Part shown: positions 46,882-58,406 of the stretch, in pieces
Position numbering within the stretch: the stretch's first letter is position 1
Layout of the letters: each line of letters starts with the position of its first letter
NCBI GenBank assembly: GCA_034189385.1
Contig: JAXHVD010000011.1
Location: 1-64,000 of the forward strand
DNA from: Thermodesulfobacteriota bacterium
GTDB taxonomy: Bacteria; Desulfobacterota; Desulfobacteria; Desulfobacterales; C00003060
Reading direction: 5' to 3'
Length of the DNA stretch: 64,000 bases
Translations under genes and position numbers: made by a program
The notes under the pieces: model-generated
What the model saw: the letters and a program-made list of their open reading frames with translations, nothing else
Database searches by the model: none
What the model was told of the DNA's origin: nothing

Positions 46882-48810
46882 TTACTTGTTGTCTTTAACC
46901 TCCTCGAAATCTGCATCTACGACGTCTTCATCAGCAGAGGCCTTGGATTCCCCTTCCGCCGAAGCCTCTCCACCGGCAGCTTGCTCACCTGCCTCGGCGC
47001 CACCAGAGGCCTTCTGATACATGGCTTCAGCCAATTTGTGAGAATTTTGCATGAGCTCTTCACTCAAGCGTTTGATCTCTTCTGCATCGGTGCCTTCCAT
47101 GGCCTTCTTGAGTTTCTCAATGGCTTCTTCGATGTTCTCCTTCAGCGAGGCGTCTACCTTGTCTCCCAGCTCCTTTATGGACTTTTCGGTCTGGTAGATC
47201 AGACTGTCAGCATGGTTGCGGGCCTCAACAAGGTCCTTCTTCTTTTTGTCCTCCTCAGCATGCACCTCAGCCTCTTTAACAAGCTTCTCAATTTCCTCTT
47301 CTGAGAGTCCACTTGAAGCCGTGATTTGTATGGATTGCTCCTTACCGGTCCCCAAGTCTTTTGCCGAGACATGGACGATGCCATTGGCGTCAATGTCAAA
47401 TGAGACCTCAATTTGGGGAATACCCCGTGGTGCGGGAGGAATTCCAACAAGTTCGAATCGGCCCAGGGTCTTGTTATATTCAGCCATCTCTCGTTCCCCT
47501 TGGAGCACATGTATGGAAACAGCCGGCTGATTGTCAGCAGCAGTGGAAAAGATCTGACTCTTTTTGGTGGGAATGGTAGTATTCTTATCGATGAGTTTGG
47601 TAAAGACCCCGCCCAGGGTCTCAATCCCTAAAGAAAGGGGCGTCACGTCGAGCAGAAGCACGTCTTGGACATCACCCTTCAGGACCCCCGCCTGAATAGC
47701 TGCTCCTGCGGCCACCACTTCGTCGGGGTTAACCCCTTTGTGAGGTTCCTTGCCAAATATGGACTTCACCTTTTGCTGTACGGACGGCATACGCGTCATG
47801 CCGCCGACCAAAATGACCTCATTGATATCTGCGGGTTTTACCCCCGCATCCTTGAGGGCCATTTGGCAAGGCCCCACCAACTTGCCCAGCAGGTCGTCCA
47901 CCAAAGATTCCAGTTTTGCCCGAGTCAGCTTGATATTCAGGTGTTTCGGTCCGCTTGCATCGGCCGTGATAAAAGGAAGGTTGACATCTGTCTCCATGGC
48001 CGTGGAAAGCTCCATCTTAGCCTTTTCCGCGCCCTCTTTAAGACGCTGCAAGGCCATTTTATCATTGCGGATATCGATCCCCTGGTCCTTTCTAAACTCC
48101 TCGGCCAGGTAATCTATGATCCTTTGGTCAAAGTCTTCACCGCCCAAGTGGGTATCGCCATTCGTTGACTTCACCTCAAAGACACCCTCCCCTATTTCCA
48201 ATATAGAGACATCAAAGGTGCCGCCGCCCAGGTCGAAAACCGCGATTTTTTCATCCTTCTTCTTGTCCAGACCATAAGCAAGGGAAGCTGCCGTGGGCTC
48301 ATTGATAATGCGCAACACATTGAGTCCGGCAACCTTGCCGGCATCCTTGGTTGCCTGTCGCTGGCTATCATCGAAATACGCCGGTACGGTGATCACCGCT
48401 TCGGTGACGTTCTCACCCAGATATTCTTCGGCCGTCTTCTTCATGGCCTGCAGGACATGGGCGGAAATCTCTGCAGGGCTGTAAGCCTTGCCCTGAATCT
48501 CGACCTGCGCATCACCATTGCCCGCCTGAGAAATGGTGAAAGGAGAGATCTCCTTGTCCCGTTGGACCTCCTTAGAAGCATACTTGCGTCCGATAAGCCG
48601 CTTGACAGCAAACACCGTGTTCTCCGGATTGGTGATGGCCTGCCGCTTGGCCGTTTGGCCCACCAATCGCTCTCCACTGCTAGTCCAGGCAACCATGGAA
48701 GGGGTGGTCCTTGCCCCCTCAGGGTTCGTAATGACCTTGGGGTCCTTTCCTTCCATAAGGGCCACACAAGAGTTCGTCGTGCCCAGATCAATTCCTATGA
48801 CCTTGCTCAT
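46882..48810 (-). CDS. dnaK: Chaperone DnaK
   Basis: [33 protein letters not shown]. Confidence 0.98.
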   Translation of the reverse strand: MSKVIGIDLGTTNSCVALMEGKDPKVITNPEGARTTPSMVAWTSSGERLVGQTAKRQAITNPENTVFAVKRLIGRKYASKEVQRDKEISPFTISQAGNGDAQVEIQGKAYSPAEISAHVLQAMKKTAEEYLGENVTEAVITVPAYFDDSQRQATKDAGKVAGLNVLRIINEPTAASLAYGLDKKKDEKIAVFDLGGGTFDVSILEIGEGVFEVKSTNGDTHLGGEDFDQRIIDYLAEEFRKDQGIDIRNDKMALQRLKEGAEKAKMELSTAMETDVNLPFITADASGPKHLNIKLTRAKLESLVDDLLGKLVGPCQMALKDAGVKPADINEVILVGGMTRMPSVQQKVKSIFGKEPHKGVNPDEVVAAGAAIQAGVLKGDVQDVLLLDVTPLSLGIETLGGVFTKLIDKNTTIPTKKSQIFSTAADNQPAVSIHVLQGEREMAEYNKTLGRFELVGIPPAPRGIPQIEVSFDIDANGIVHVSAKDLGTGKEQSIQITASSGLSEEEIEKLVKEAEVHAEEDKKKKDLVEARNHADSLIYQTEKSIKELGDKVDASLKENIEEAIEKLKKAMEGTDAEEIKRLSEELMQNSHKLAEAMYQKASGGAEAGEQAAGGEASAEGESKASADEDVVDADFEEVKDNK

Positions 48811-48913
48811 GGGTCTCCTCCTTAGAATATATATTGAATATTATCGAGTTCGCCAAAATGGCAATAACGGGATATCAACTTTGAAGAAGCTGCATGGATA
48901 TGAAGACGTGGCA

Positions 48914-49573
48914 CTAGTGCGCTACAGTCTCTGCCTCCGGCCCATCTTCAGGAGACCTTGATTTCACGTCGACCCCGGTGTCTGGCTTTCTTGAGACAAC
49001 GACCATTGCGGGCCGAAGGAGTCTGTCTTGAAGCATATAGCCCTTTTGAAGTTCCTGGCACACGGTGTTTTCAGGGAATCTCTCAGTTTCTTCTTGGGAA
49101 ACCGCCTGGTGGAAATTGGGGTCAAAGGGCTTTTTCAGGGCATCTACAGGAACAACCCCAAACTTCTTGAGTCCGTCCATGAGCCCCTTCAAGGTCATTT
49201 CCACACCCTGACGCAGAGCTTCCAGGGCATCCTCGTTGCCTTTTTTCCCCGTGCAAATGGCCCGCTCCAGGTTGTCCACTATGGGCAACATTTCTTTGAC
49301 GAGGGATTCATTGGCAAATTTCCTAAAATCATTCATTTCCCGCTCAACACGCTTCTTATAGTTTTCAAAATCCGCCGTTACCCTCAGTACCCGCTCATAA
49401 TTTTCCTCAGCCTTGGCCTCTGCAGTCTTCAAGCGATCTCGGAGGCGCTCCTTTTTGGGCCCTTTCTTATCCCGCTTTTTCCCTGCATCTCCCTCGGGCT
49501 TTACCGCCGGTTCAGCCTCAGGAGATTCCGTGGATCTGGACCGCCCCTGATCGTCAGTCAAAATACCCTCCAT
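48914..49573 (-). CDS. grpE: Nucleotide exchange factor GrpE
   Basis: ADFENYKKR, DNLERA, FDPNFHQA, QKGY..RLLRPAMV. Start approximate. Confidence 0.93.
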   Translation of the reverse strand: MEGILTDDQGRSRSTESPEAEPAVKPEGDAGKKRDKKGPKKERLRDRLKTAEAKAEENYERVLRVTADFENYKKRVEREMNDFRKFANESLVKEMLPIVDNLERAICTGKKGNEDALEALRQGVEMTLKGLMDGLKKFGVVPVDALKKPFDPNFHQAVSQEETERFPENTVCQELQKGYMLQDRLLRPAMVVVSRKPDTGVDVKSRSPEDGPEAETVAH

Positions 49574-49926
49574 ACATCTACCTGATCTCGTTGCACCGGA
49601 CACCAAAACTGTGCCCACCTCAGGTTGTCTGCCTTGAGCACCATTCCATGGAAACCAGCTAAAATTGGTAAATAAGTAAGAACCACAGGGGAGTTTGTCA
49701 AGGGGGTGACCCGAATGGTGTGCTGCCCTGATCCCTTTCCCCTTGGCGATGAACCGCTTTTGCATCTGCCGATGAAAGACTGGGGCCTGTGTCAGGAATT
49801 GGCACTGATCGTTTCACAGGGCCCCTTCAAAAAAGGGCACGCCCTATCCTAACCCCATGCTTTGTCCACAACCATTTGGAATCATAGAGCTTACGCCTCG
49901 GCAAACACCATTCCATGGCAGAGCGA

Positions 49927-50853
49927 TTACCTTTTTGAATGTCTGAGAAGACACCCCTGACAAGAACCTTTTTTTGCCAATGCTTGTTGGATCAGGGCCA
50001 GGGTCTGTTGTTTATTTAGGGCCCATGTAGGCTCAAGAAGATCCGCCCGATCGGGGTCTCCCGTTAGGCGTTGCACGATGACGTCAGAAGAAAGATGTTC
50101 CAGGAAAGCCACGACCCAGTCCACGTATGTAGGCTGATCAAGGGTCTTGAAGCCCGTCGTCTGACAGACTCGCGCCAGCGGTGTATCCCTGACGACATAG
50201 AGGCTGTGAATCTTGACGCCCTCTATGCCCAGATCGGTGATAGCTTTGGCAGTACCCACGACATCCTCTTTGGATTCACCAGGAAGCCCCAAGATGACAT
50301 GGGCGCAGATCATGATGTTTCGGCCTTGAGTCATTCGAACGGCGTGGACAAAATCTTCATATGTGTGTCCCCGATTGATCTTTCGTAGGGTCTCATTGTG
50401 TATGGATTGCAGTCCATATTCCATCCAAACCATATGACCCGTTCCATAGCTTTCAATAAGGGAAAGCTTTTCCTCGTCAACACAATCAGGCCTGGTTCCG
50501 ATGGCAAGACCCACTATATCTGGATCCGTCAAGGCTTCGCCGTACCTGCTGGAAAGGACGTTACAGGGGGCATAAGTATTTGTAAAAGCTTGAAAATACG
50601 CTATAAATTTCTTGGCCTTATACCGGTCGGCCAGTCGGGCCTTTCCTCGTTGGATCTGATCCCAAATGGACTCCCCTCTCTCTGCCGCGCCGGTACCCGA
50701 ACCCTTGCTGTCACAGTAGATACACCCCTCAGATGACAGTGTGCCGTCTCGATTCGGACAGGAAAAACCGGCATCAATGGTGATCTTCTGGACCCGGCAG
50801 CCGAACCTCTTTTTGAGATAGCTACTGAGATCATTATACCGTTGAGCTGTCAT
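49927..50853 (-). CDS. TIGR01212 family radical SAM protein (YhcC-like)
   Basis: DAGFSCPNRDG..GCIYC, YFQAFTNTY, GTRPDC, INRGH, RLTGD. Confidence 0.92.
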   Translation of the reverse strand: MTAQRYNDLSSYLKKRFGCRVQKITIDAGFSCPNRDGTLSSEGCIYCDSKGSGTGAAERGESIWDQIQRGKARLADRYKAKKFIAYFQAFTNTYAPCNVLSSRYGEALTDPDIVGLAIGTRPDCVDEEKLSLIESYGTGHMVWMEYGLQSIHNETLRKINRGHTYEDFVHAVRMTQGRNIMICAHVILGLPGESKEDVVGTAKAITDLGIEGVKIHSLYVVRDTPLARVCQTTGFKTLDQPTYVDWVVAFLEHLSSDVIVQRLTGDPDRADLLEPTWALNKQQTLALIQQALAKKGSCQGCLLRHSKR

Positions 50854-50967
50854 AGATTCCCAACCCGGACAGGGTGAAACAGAACCTCCATGAAATCAGG
50901 AAAACAGGAAGGGTATAAAGAAGCATTCCCGGAAGGCAAAACAGTGGCAGTATCATCTAATGTTGAC

Positions 50968-51228
50968 TTGGCTGCGCACCCTTCGTCGAATCCTGTCCAC
51001 GGAACCGCAAGTTGTCATGTGTTGGTCGAAGACAGTCCACGACACGGGCTGCATTACTTACCGCTGCTTCCTCCCGGACCTGACGGGGTTCGTAACCGCC
51101 TGTTGCGTGGTGCCCGACCAGGAACAGCTTTTGGGACGAGGAGCCATGGACCCTCAAAAAGGGAATTCAGCCCCGCATAAGCGGATTTCGGGCTACAGGA
51201 CACCGCTAACTTCCCGCCTAGCGCAACC
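50968..51228 (-). ncRNA. ffs: Signal recognition particle RNA, large bacterial type with Alu domain
   Basis: Minus strand has the SRP helix-8 core GTCAGGTCCGGGAGGAAGCAGC, a 5' Alu-like region (GCTAGGCGGGAAGTTAGCGGTGTCCTGTAGCCCGAAATCCGC), and pairing ends GGTTGCGC/GCGCAGCC; about 260 nt. Confidence 0.93.
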
Positions 51229-51238
51229 AAGCCATCCC

Positions 51239-51267
51239 TTTATAACCCAAAGAGGGGTCCTTTGCAA
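51239..51267 (-). promoter_or_regulatory. Sigma70 promoter for SRP RNA
   Basis: TTGCAA-17 nt-TATAAA just upstream of the RNA 5' end. Confidence 0.55.
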
Positions 51268-51438
51268 TGGCAAAAGCATGGCGCCCCTCTTTTCTCTTGA
51301 CTTAACTGCCTTGAAAACTTTAATATTTTGGTTATGGGCTGGCAATTCTTAGCCCCTTGGCCACGGAGATTAGGGCCCCTTCCAGTAAGGAAATAGGCTA
51401 TAGGAAAATAGAGCCCTTCGACTCTTTGCGAGTTCATC

Positions 51439-52851
51439 ATGTCGGCAACATACGAAGAATTCTTGGCTGGGGTTGATGCTGCCATTGGGCGCTACGGGAT
51501 GCTGGCACCTGGCGACATGGTTGTCGTGGGGGTGTCAGGCGGACCGGACTCGGTGGCGCTTTTACACTGTCTTGTGGCCCTGAAAAAAAGGCGTCATCTG
51601 GACTTGGTAGTGGCCCACCTGAATCACCAACTCCGAGGAGCAACTGCAAGGCAGGAAGCTGTCTTTGTGGAAGGCCTGGCCTTGAGACTACGTGTGCCCT
51701 GCGAAATCAGCTCAAGGGACGTGGCGTCCTATGCAGGCAGGCACCGTTTGTCCATTCAAGAGGCAGCCAGAAAGGTCCGTTACGCCTTCTACAGGGAAGT
51801 GTCTCGCAAGTATGGCGCCACGAAGATTGCCCTGGGGCATCAAGCCAATGACAACGCCGAGTCCGTTCTCATTCACCTTCTTAGAGGAACAGGTCCCAGG
51901 GGCCTGGCAGGGATCCCTCCCGTGCGAGACGGATGCATCATAAGGCCCCTGATAGACATGCCCAGGGAACAGATACTCCAATTCTTGGACATAAGCGGAT
52001 TTGAATACGTTGAAGATCGCTCCAACCTCGATCCCAAGTATCTGCGAAACAGGATACGCCACAGATTGTTGCCTTCCCTGAGGGCTGACTACAACCCGAA
52101 GGCCATTTGGGCACTCAACCGCCTTGCCACCATTGCCCGTGAGGAGGAGGATTTCTGGAGCCGACAGGTTACCGGTGCCTTTCAAGAACTGGTGCTGGAA
52201 CAGACAGGGGGCCGGCTGGTCCTTTCTGCCCCCGGCCTTGCTCGTCTGCACCCCGCACTTTTGCGGCGTTTGGTGCGGCAGGCAGTGTTGTCCCTCAGAG
52301 GCAACCTGAGGAGACTGGGACACCAGCATGTGGAGGCGGTGGCCCACCTTGCCAAGAGGTCTTCTCCCTGCGGAAGGATCGATTTGCCTTGCGGTATGAT
52401 GGCAGTCCGTGATCGTGATGAACTAGTGTTTTTGTTGGGGACGCCAGAGAAAAGGCCTATATTCGAGTATCAGATATCGTCTGCCGGATATACCTTCGTG
52501 CCGGAAATCAGCACATGTCTCCACCTTTCTCTGTGCGAGGCAAAGGAAGTGGGGGACCCTGGAACATACCCTCCCACCACCGCCCTTATGGACCTGTCGG
52601 CGGTCTCTTTTCCGCTCACTGTTAGAAACCCCAAGAAAGGTGACAGATTCAGGCCGTTAGGCTTATCCGGGTCTCAGAAGGTCAAGGCATTCTTCATCAA
52701 TCTTAAGGTTCCCCGCTCAAAGAGGAGGCGGTGCCCTATCTTGCTGAGTGGCTCAAGGATTATATGGGTGGCAGGCTACCGCATTGATGACTCGGCCAAG
52801 GTGACAGCAGAAACCAGGCGGGTCTTGAAAGCCGAGCTTTTGGCGGGGTGA
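51439..52851 (+). CDS. tilS: tRNA(Ile)-lysidine synthetase
   Basis: SGGPDS, AHLNHQLR, GHQANDNAE, IRPL, RNRIR, C-terminal GDRFRPLG domain. Confidence 0.95.
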   Translation: MSATYEEFLAGVDAAIGRYGMLAPGDMVVVGVSGGPDSVALLHCLVALKKRRHLDLVVAHLNHQLRGATARQEAVFVEGLALRLRVPCEISSRDVASYAGRHRLSIQEAARKVRYAFYREVSRKYGATKIALGHQANDNAESVLIHLLRGTGPRGLAGIPPVRDGCIIRPLIDMPREQILQFLDISGFEYVEDRSNLDPKYLRNRIRHRLLPSLRADYNPKAIWALNRLATIAREEEDFWSRQVTGAFQELVLEQTGGRLVLSAPGLARLHPALLRRLVRQAVLSLRGNLRRLGHQHVEAVAHLAKRSSPCGRIDLPCGMMAVRDRDELVFLLGTPEKRPIFEYQISSAGYTFVPEISTCLHLSLCEAKEVGDPGTYPPTTALMDLSAVSFPLTVRNPKKGDRFRPLGLSGSQKVKAFFINLKVPRSKRRRCPILLSGSRIIWVAGYRIDDSAKVTAETRRVLKAELLAG

Positions 52852-52860
52852 TCAAAAAGA

Positions 52861-52889
52861 TTGAAAAGTCCTGCCTGTTGTATTATAGT
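52861..52889 (+). promoter_or_regulatory. Sigma70 promoter for ftsH
   Basis: TTGAAA-17 nt-TATAGT; RBS aaggagg downstream. Confidence 0.6.
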
Positions 52890-52940
52890 TAAAAATTGGA
52901 GTGTTAAAACAATAACCGGTAGTCAAGGAGGTTTCCCCTT

Positions 52941-54827
52941 TTGAATCCTTTTTATAAGAACCTGGCCTTATGGATGGTCATCAGTCTTGTCATGATCCTA
53001 CTCTTCAATATGTTTAACCAATCCAGGGTTCAGGAAAGAGAAACCAGTTATACAGAATTCATGGCCCGAGTGGAAAATGGGGCCGTGGCCCGCGTTGTCA
53101 TCCGCGGACAAGAGATTTCTGGAACCGACGTGGGTGGCATGCGCTTTAAGACCTTTGCCCCTCAGGACGGAGACCTCATCAAGACCTTGAGAAACCATGG
53201 GGTGACCATCGAGGCCAAGCCTCCTTCGGAATCCCCGTGGTATATGACTGTGCTTGTCTCCTGGTTTCCCATGATCCTGCTCATTGCCGTGTGGATCTTT
53301 TTTATGCGTCAGATGCAGGGGGGAGGAGGCAAAGCATTGTCCTTCGGCAAAAGCAGGGCCAGGCTTCTTTCGGACCAGTCTGCCAAGGTTACTTTTGAAG
53401 ATGTTGCGGGCATTGACGAGGCCAAGGAGGAGTTAAGTGAGATTATCGACTTTCTGAAAGATCCCAAAAAATTCACCCGCCTAGGAGGTAGGATTCCAAA
53501 GGGTGTTCTTCTCATGGGTGCCCCGGGCACGGGCAAGACCCTTTTGGCGCGTGCCATTGCCGGCGAAGCGGGTGTTCCCTTTTTCAGCATAAGCGGTTCG
53601 GATTTCGTAGAGATGTTTGTAGGGGTAGGAGCCTCCCGGGTCCGGGACCTGTTTGTGCAAGGTAAAAAGCATGCCCCCTGTATCATTTTCATCGATGAAA
53701 TTGATGCCGTGGGCCGACACAGGGGGGCCGGCCTTGGGGGAGGACACGACGAAAGAGAACAGACATTGAATCAACTCTTGGTTGAGATGGACGGCTTTGA
53801 GTCGAATGAAGGGGTGATTCTCATATCGGCCACGAACCGACCGGACATCTTAGATCCTGCCCTTACACGCCCTGGACGTTTTGATCGCCAGGTCGTGGTA
53901 CCAGTGCCTGATGTCAAGGGGAGAGAAGGTATCCTTCAGGTCCATAGCCGTAAAACACCGGTGGCAGAGGATGTTGATTTAGCGGTCCTTGCACGTGGCA
54001 CACCAGGTTTTTCCGGTGCCGATCTTGAAAATATGGTCAACGAAGCAGCACTTCTGGCGGCGCGCTCAGACAAGGATCTTTTGGAAATGGCTGATTTTGA
54101 GGAGGCCAAGGACAAAGTCCTCATGGGAACAGCTCGCAAGAGCATGATCATCAGTGAAGAAGAGAAGAGAAACACTGCATACCATGAGGGGGGCCATACC
54201 TTGGTTGCCAAGATGATACCAGGAACGGACCCGATTCACAAGGTCACCATTATACCCAGGGGGCGCGCCATGGGGCTCACCCAACAACTTCCCATGGATG
54301 AGAAGCATACCTATCCAAAGAAGTACCTTATTAACAACCTTGCTGTACTCATGGGGGGGCGAGCAGCTGAAGAACTGGTCTTAGACGAGTTGACGACCGG
54401 TGCGGGCAATGACATTGACCGGGCCACGGAGACGGCCCGCAAGATGGTCTGCGAATGGGGCATGAGTGAAGAACTGGGGCCCCTGAGTTTTGGCCAGAAA
54501 GAGGAGCAGATCTTCCTGGGCAGGGAGTTTGCTCAACACCGGGACTACAGTGAGAAGACAGCGGTGCTTATCGATAAGGAGATTAGAAACTTGGTTTCCG
54601 GAGCCCACCAAAGGGCGAAAACGATCCTGGAAGAAAACATGGATACCCTCCACGCCTTGGCACAGGCCCTGCTTGAGAGGGAAACCCTCACGGAAAAGGA
54701 CATCGATGCCATCATAGCAGGACATGTCCACGGGGCCCCTGACGCCACAGAAGAACAAGCCGAACCCAAAGCACAGGGTGGAGGCGAGGAACAGGCAACG
54801 CCACAACTCCGACCACTTCCCAGCTAG
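52941..54827 (+). CDS. ftsH: ATP-dependent zinc metalloprotease FtsH
   Basis: Two TMs, [27 protein letters not shown]. Confidence 0.98.
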   Translation: MNPFYKNLALWMVISLVMILLFNMFNQSRVQERETSYTEFMARVENGAVARVVIRGQEISGTDVGGMRFKTFAPQDGDLIKTLRNHGVTIEAKPPSESPWYMTVLVSWFPMILLIAVWIFFMRQMQGGGGKALSFGKSRARLLSDQSAKVTFEDVAGIDEAKEELSEIIDFLKDPKKFTRLGGRIPKGVLLMGAPGTGKTLLARAIAGEAGVPFFSISGSDFVEMFVGVGASRVRDLFVQGKKHAPCIIFIDEIDAVGRHRGAGLGGGHDEREQTLNQLLVEMDGFESNEGVILISATNRPDILDPALTRPGRFDRQVVVPVPDVKGREGILQVHSRKTPVAEDVDLAVLARGTPGFSGADLENMVNEAALLAARSDKDLLEMADFEEAKDKVLMGTARKSMIISEEEKRNTAYHEGGHTLVAKMIPGTDPIHKVTIIPRGRAMGLTQQLPMDEKHTYPKKYLINNLAVLMGGRAAEELVLDELTTGAGNDIDRATETARKMVCEWGMSEELGPLSFGQKEEQIFLGREFAQHRDYSEKTAVLIDKEIRNLVSGAHQRAKTILEENMDTLHALAQALLERETLTEKDIDAIIAGHVHGAPDATEEQAEPKAQGGGEEQATPQLRPLPS

Positions 54828-54832
54828 ACTTC

Positions 54833-55711
54833 ATGGACAATGCTTCCGTTATGAATCTTCAATGTGGCCCTTTCAGGCTCACCGTGGGCAAGGACACGCT
54901 TGTGATGGGCATCGTGAACGTGACGCCCGATTCATTCTCAGATGGTGGGCTCTTTTTTGACAAGGAGGCTGCCATAGCCCACGGAGCCGCTCTGGCAGCC
55001 GAGGGAGCCGACATCATCGACGTGGGAGGAGAATCGACACGGCCCTTTTCAGAATCGGTGCCCGCAGCAGAGGAGATCCGACGGGTCGTTCCTGTGATTG
55101 AGGAGCTTGCTGGCCTCCTTTCCATTCCCCTGTCCATTGACACGAACAAGGCCGAAGTGGCAAGACATGCCATTGACGCCGGCGCCTCTATGGTAAACGA
55201 TGTGGGCGCCCTCAGGCTAGATCCGGACATGGCAGGTGTCGTTGCTGAGGCAGGTGTGCCTGTTGTCCTCATGCACATGAAGGGAAGCCCCAAGGCCATG
55301 CAGGTCGATCCCCATTATGAGGACGTGGTAGAGGAAGTGAGGTCTTATTTGGCCCGTGCCATTGAAAGGGCTGAGTCGGAAGGTATTGACCGCGGAAAGA
55401 TCATCGTGGATCCCGGTATCGGCTTTGGAAAAACAGTGACACATAATCTCCTTCTCATCAAAGATCTTTTAGCCTTTCGCACCCTGGGCACTCCGATTCT
55501 CATAGGGCCCTCACGGAAATCCTTTATCACCAAGATACTGGGCCCGGGTAATGAGCGCCGTGAGGTTGGAACACAGGCTGCGGTGGCTGCTGCCGTGCTA
55601 AAGGGGGCTGACATCGTCAGGGTTCACGATGTGGCGCATACAAAGCAGACCCTCAGACTGGTAGATGCTATCAAAGACCCGGCAACGAGCCCTGTAAGCA
55701 ACTGCCTCTAA
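54833..55711 (+). CDS. folP: Dihydropteroate synthase
   Basis: NVTPDSFSDGG, GGESTRP, DPGIGFGK, SRKS, RVHDV. Confidence 0.97.
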   Translation: MDNASVMNLQCGPFRLTVGKDTLVMGIVNVTPDSFSDGGLFFDKEAAIAHGAALAAEGADIIDVGGESTRPFSESVPAAEEIRRVVPVIEELAGLLSIPLSIDTNKAEVARHAIDAGASMVNDVGALRLDPDMAGVVAEAGVPVVLMHMKGSPKAMQVDPHYEDVVEEVRSYLARAIERAESEGIDRGKIIVDPGIGFGKTVTHNLLLIKDLLAFRTLGTPILIGPSRKSFITKILGPGNERREVGTQAAVAAAVLKGADIVRVHDVAHTKQTLRLVDAIKDPATSPVSNCL

Positions 55712-55716
55712 GTAGG

Positions 55717-56502
55717 ATGAAGACCGCCATGCTTCTGGTCATGGATGTAGGAAATACGAACAGCGTTATTGGAGTGTACGACGGAAAAGAGCTCGTTCAT
55801 CATTGGCGGGTGCGAACCGAAAAAGATGTAACCGAAGACGAGTTCCATGTATTGATCAACGGTCTCTTTTCATCTGAGGCCACCAGGCTCCATTTAGTCA
55901 CCGAAACCATCATTTCATGTGTGGTGCCACCCATGATCAGCATTCTGGAAAGTTTTTGTGCCAGATATCTTCATCACCAACCCCTCTGGGTAGATGCGTC
56001 AACATTCAAGGAGATGCCTATACTCTACGATAACCCAAAGGAAGTGGGGGCAGATCGCCTTGTCAATGCTGTGGCTGCCTTCTACAAATACCGCACGAGC
56101 CTCGTTGTGGTCGATTTCGGCACAGCCACTACGTTCGACTGCGTCTCCGCTGATGGGGCCTATCTTGGTGGCGCTATTAGCCCTGGCATTCTGGTCTCCT
56201 CGGAAGCCCTCTTCCAGAAGGCCTCCAAGCTGCCCAGGGTGGAGATATTCGGGCGGCCCACATGTGTCATTGCCAAGGACACCGTGAGCAGCATGAATGC
56301 AGGTATCATATTCGGTTATGCAGGGCTAGTGGATGGCATGGTGGGCCGGATCAAAAAGGAGATGAAACCCGAGCCCAAGGTCATTGCAACAGGTGGCTTG
56401 GCCGGGCTCATATCACAGGTATCAGATACCATTGAAGTCGTTGATCCCCATCTCGCTTTAGAAGGTCTTAGGATTGTTTACGACAACATGCAACAAAGAT
56501 AG
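55717..56502 (+). CDS. coaX: Type III pantothenate kinase
   Basis: DVGNTN, VGADR, DFGTATT, GGAISPG, ATGG. Confidence 0.95.
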   Translation: MKTAMLLVMDVGNTNSVIGVYDGKELVHHWRVRTEKDVTEDEFHVLINGLFSSEATRLHLVTETIISCVVPPMISILESFCARYLHHQPLWVDASTFKEMPILYDNPKEVGADRLVNAVAAFYKYRTSLVVVDFGTATTFDCVSADGAYLGGAISPGILVSSEALFQKASKLPRVEIFGRPTCVIAKDTVSSMNAGIIFGYAGLVDGMVGRIKKEMKPEPKVIATGGLAGLISQVSDTIEVVDPHLALEGLRIVYDNMQQR

Positions 56503-56514
56503 CCCTTCGGGGCT
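56501..56514. terminator. Short UUCG hairpin between convergent genes
   Basis: agccc-ttcg-gggct between the stop codons of coaX and the zinc-ribbon gene. Confidence 0.45.
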
Positions 56515-56515
56515 C

Positions 56516-57172
56516 CTATCTCCCAGCTTTTAATAGCTCCTTAAAGACTTGGTAGAACTCCTCATGCTGTGCCAAAGCGATTTGCAGAAGACTCTCCATG
56601 TCACCTATGCCTTGAACGTTCAACACAAGGTTTACACTCTTGTTGAAGGCCGTCATGTTGTCCATGGTTTTTAGGGCAGTTCCCACGAGGACGACAAACG
56701 TATTTCGCCGCACGTCCATAGGGAGCTGCGACAGATATTGAAGGACATAGTTTGACTCCGCACTGGCGGCCTCAAAGGTTTCATTTAGAACAACCAAGTC
56801 ATACGTGTGAAAGCGCATGTATTTCAGAGCAAGGCGAGCAGAAGGGGCTTCCACCACGTGATAATCCATACGTTCCAGGGTCTGACGGATCTCTTTTTTG
56901 ATCTTTTCGTCGTGCTCACACAGCAACGCCGCCTTCATCCCTGGCGGTATATAATCAAAGGGTTTTTCCGAGGCATCATAGGCGCCAGAGTCCACCTCAT
57001 CAACCACGCTTTTTAGGTTTGCGGACCCGGCCGATGCCCCCTTCTCAGCTCGCCCATCGATTTCTATCTTCCCCCCACATTTCGGACAGTTCATTGAAAA
57101 CTTGCGGCCGTGGGGAACTCTATCATCGGAAATCCTGAATCTACTTTGACACTTCTGGCAAGTTATTTCCAT
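56516..57172 (-). CDS. Zinc-ribbon (MJ0042-type) protein with degenerate receiver-like domain
   Basis: ITCQKC..FRI.D..CPKC; C-terminal alpha/beta region (YDLVVLNE). Confidence 0.8.
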   Translation of the reverse strand: MEITCQKCQSRFRISDDRVPHGRKFSMNCPKCGGKIEIDGRAEKGASAGSANLKSVVDEVDSGAYDASEKPFDYIPPGMKAALLCEHDEKIKKEIRQTLERMDYHVVEAPSARLALKYMRFHTYDLVVLNETFEAASAESNYVLQYLSQLPMDVRRNTFVVLVGTALKTMDNMTAFNKSVNLVLNVQGIGDMESLLQIALAQHEEFYQVFKELLKAGR

Positions 57173-57190
57173 GGGTCCCTATCTATCGGC

Positions 57191-58363
57191 TCACCTGCTC
57201 CTGTGCCGACCGTAGTGTAAATCAACTTCAAGGTCTTCAATATCTGTGGTCTTCTCTCCCCGGGCACTCTTTAAAGCATCAATTCCCCTAGCCACCACAG
57301 TCCTGCGGGATGAATATGCCAAGGCGGTTTCCTCCCTAATAAGACCGTCCTCATAGAGTTCGATGATATTCTTGTCAAAGGTGACCATGCCAAAGGCCTC
57401 ACCGGCCTCTATGATCTCGTAAAAGGTCTTCCCCTCTGACTCGCCATGTAAGATCGTGTCCTTTACCCTGAGACTTGTCCCCATGATTTCAAAGGCAGCT
57501 ATCCGACCACCTCCTACGCGGGGGATCAACCTTTGGGAGACGACCCAGCGGATACTGTCTGCCAAACGGATCCGGATTTGACGCTCCTCTTCCGTTCCGA
57601 ACATGCCGATAATGCGATGGACCGTTTGACCTGCATCCACTGTGTGCAGCGTCGTTAGCACAAGATGACCGGTCTCTGCTGCAGTCAGGCCGATCTCCAC
57701 GCTTTCCCTGTCGCGCATCTCACCCACCAGGATTACTTTTGGGGCTTGCCGCAGAGAAGCCCGGAGCCCCCTGGCAAAGCTGTCGAAGTTTGTGCCCAAT
57801 TCCCGTTGGTTGAACGTGGCCTTCTTGTGGGGATGCTCATATTCTATAGGGTCTTCCAAGGTTACGACATGAACCGCCCTTTTCTCATTCACTTCATCCA
57901 ATATGGCTGCCAGGGAAGTAGACTTACCCGTGCCTGTAGCCCCAGTAAAGATAATAAGACCGTTTTTTTCTTCAGCCAACTTTTGGAAAATGTCCGGAAG
58001 GTCCAGATCTTTGCATGTGGGAATCTTCGTCTCCAGTTTTCTCAATACGACGGAATAATGATTCTTTTGAGAAAATATGTTCACCCTGAAGCGAGCCTTG
58101 CCGGGAAGTTGATAGGACATGTCGCATGATCCTTCCCGCAAAAGGATCTCCGTGAGACGACGATCTCCCTTTAACAGATTCAGTGCAAAGATCTCTGCCT
58201 GAAAGGGCGTCAGCGCGTTAAAAGGCGGAACCAACTCTACTGGGTGCAAGACCCCGTCGCTTTCGACTTGAAATGGCTTCCCTACTGTAATGTTTAGATC
58301 CGACACATTGCTGTGGGAGTCAAGCATCTTGGTCATGATGTGCTCTGTTTCTTGGGCTCTCAT
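57191..58363 (-). CDS. PilT/PilU-family type IV pilus ATPase
   Basis: GATGTGKST, TLEDPIE, LVGEMRD, ETGHLVLTTLHT. Confidence 0.93.
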   Translation of the reverse strand: MRAQETEHIMTKMLDSHSNVSDLNITVGKPFQVESDGVLHPVELVPPFNALTPFQAEIFALNLLKGDRRLTEILLREGSCDMSYQLPGKARFRVNIFSQKNHYSVVLRKLETKIPTCKDLDLPDIFQKLAEEKNGLIIFTGATGTGKSTSLAAILDEVNEKRAVHVVTLEDPIEYEHPHKKATFNQRELGTNFDSFARGLRASLRQAPKVILVGEMRDRESVEIGLTAAETGHLVLTTLHTVDAGQTVHRIIGMFGTEEERQIRIRLADSIRWVVSQRLIPRVGGGRIAAFEIMGTSLRVKDTILHGESEGKTFYEIIEAGEAFGMVTFDKNIIELYEDGLIREETALAYSSRRTVVARGIDALKSARGEKTTDIEDLEVDLHYGRHRSR

Positions 58364-58406
58364 GGCATGCCTCCCTTTTCAAGAACAGAGAATCAAGGCC
58401 GTCGCA

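Noticed and set aside
48811..49926. CIRCE operator, hrcA or dnaJ around grpE-dnaK
   Set aside because: No TTAGCACTC-N9-GAGTGCTAA seen, and neither gene is adjacent.
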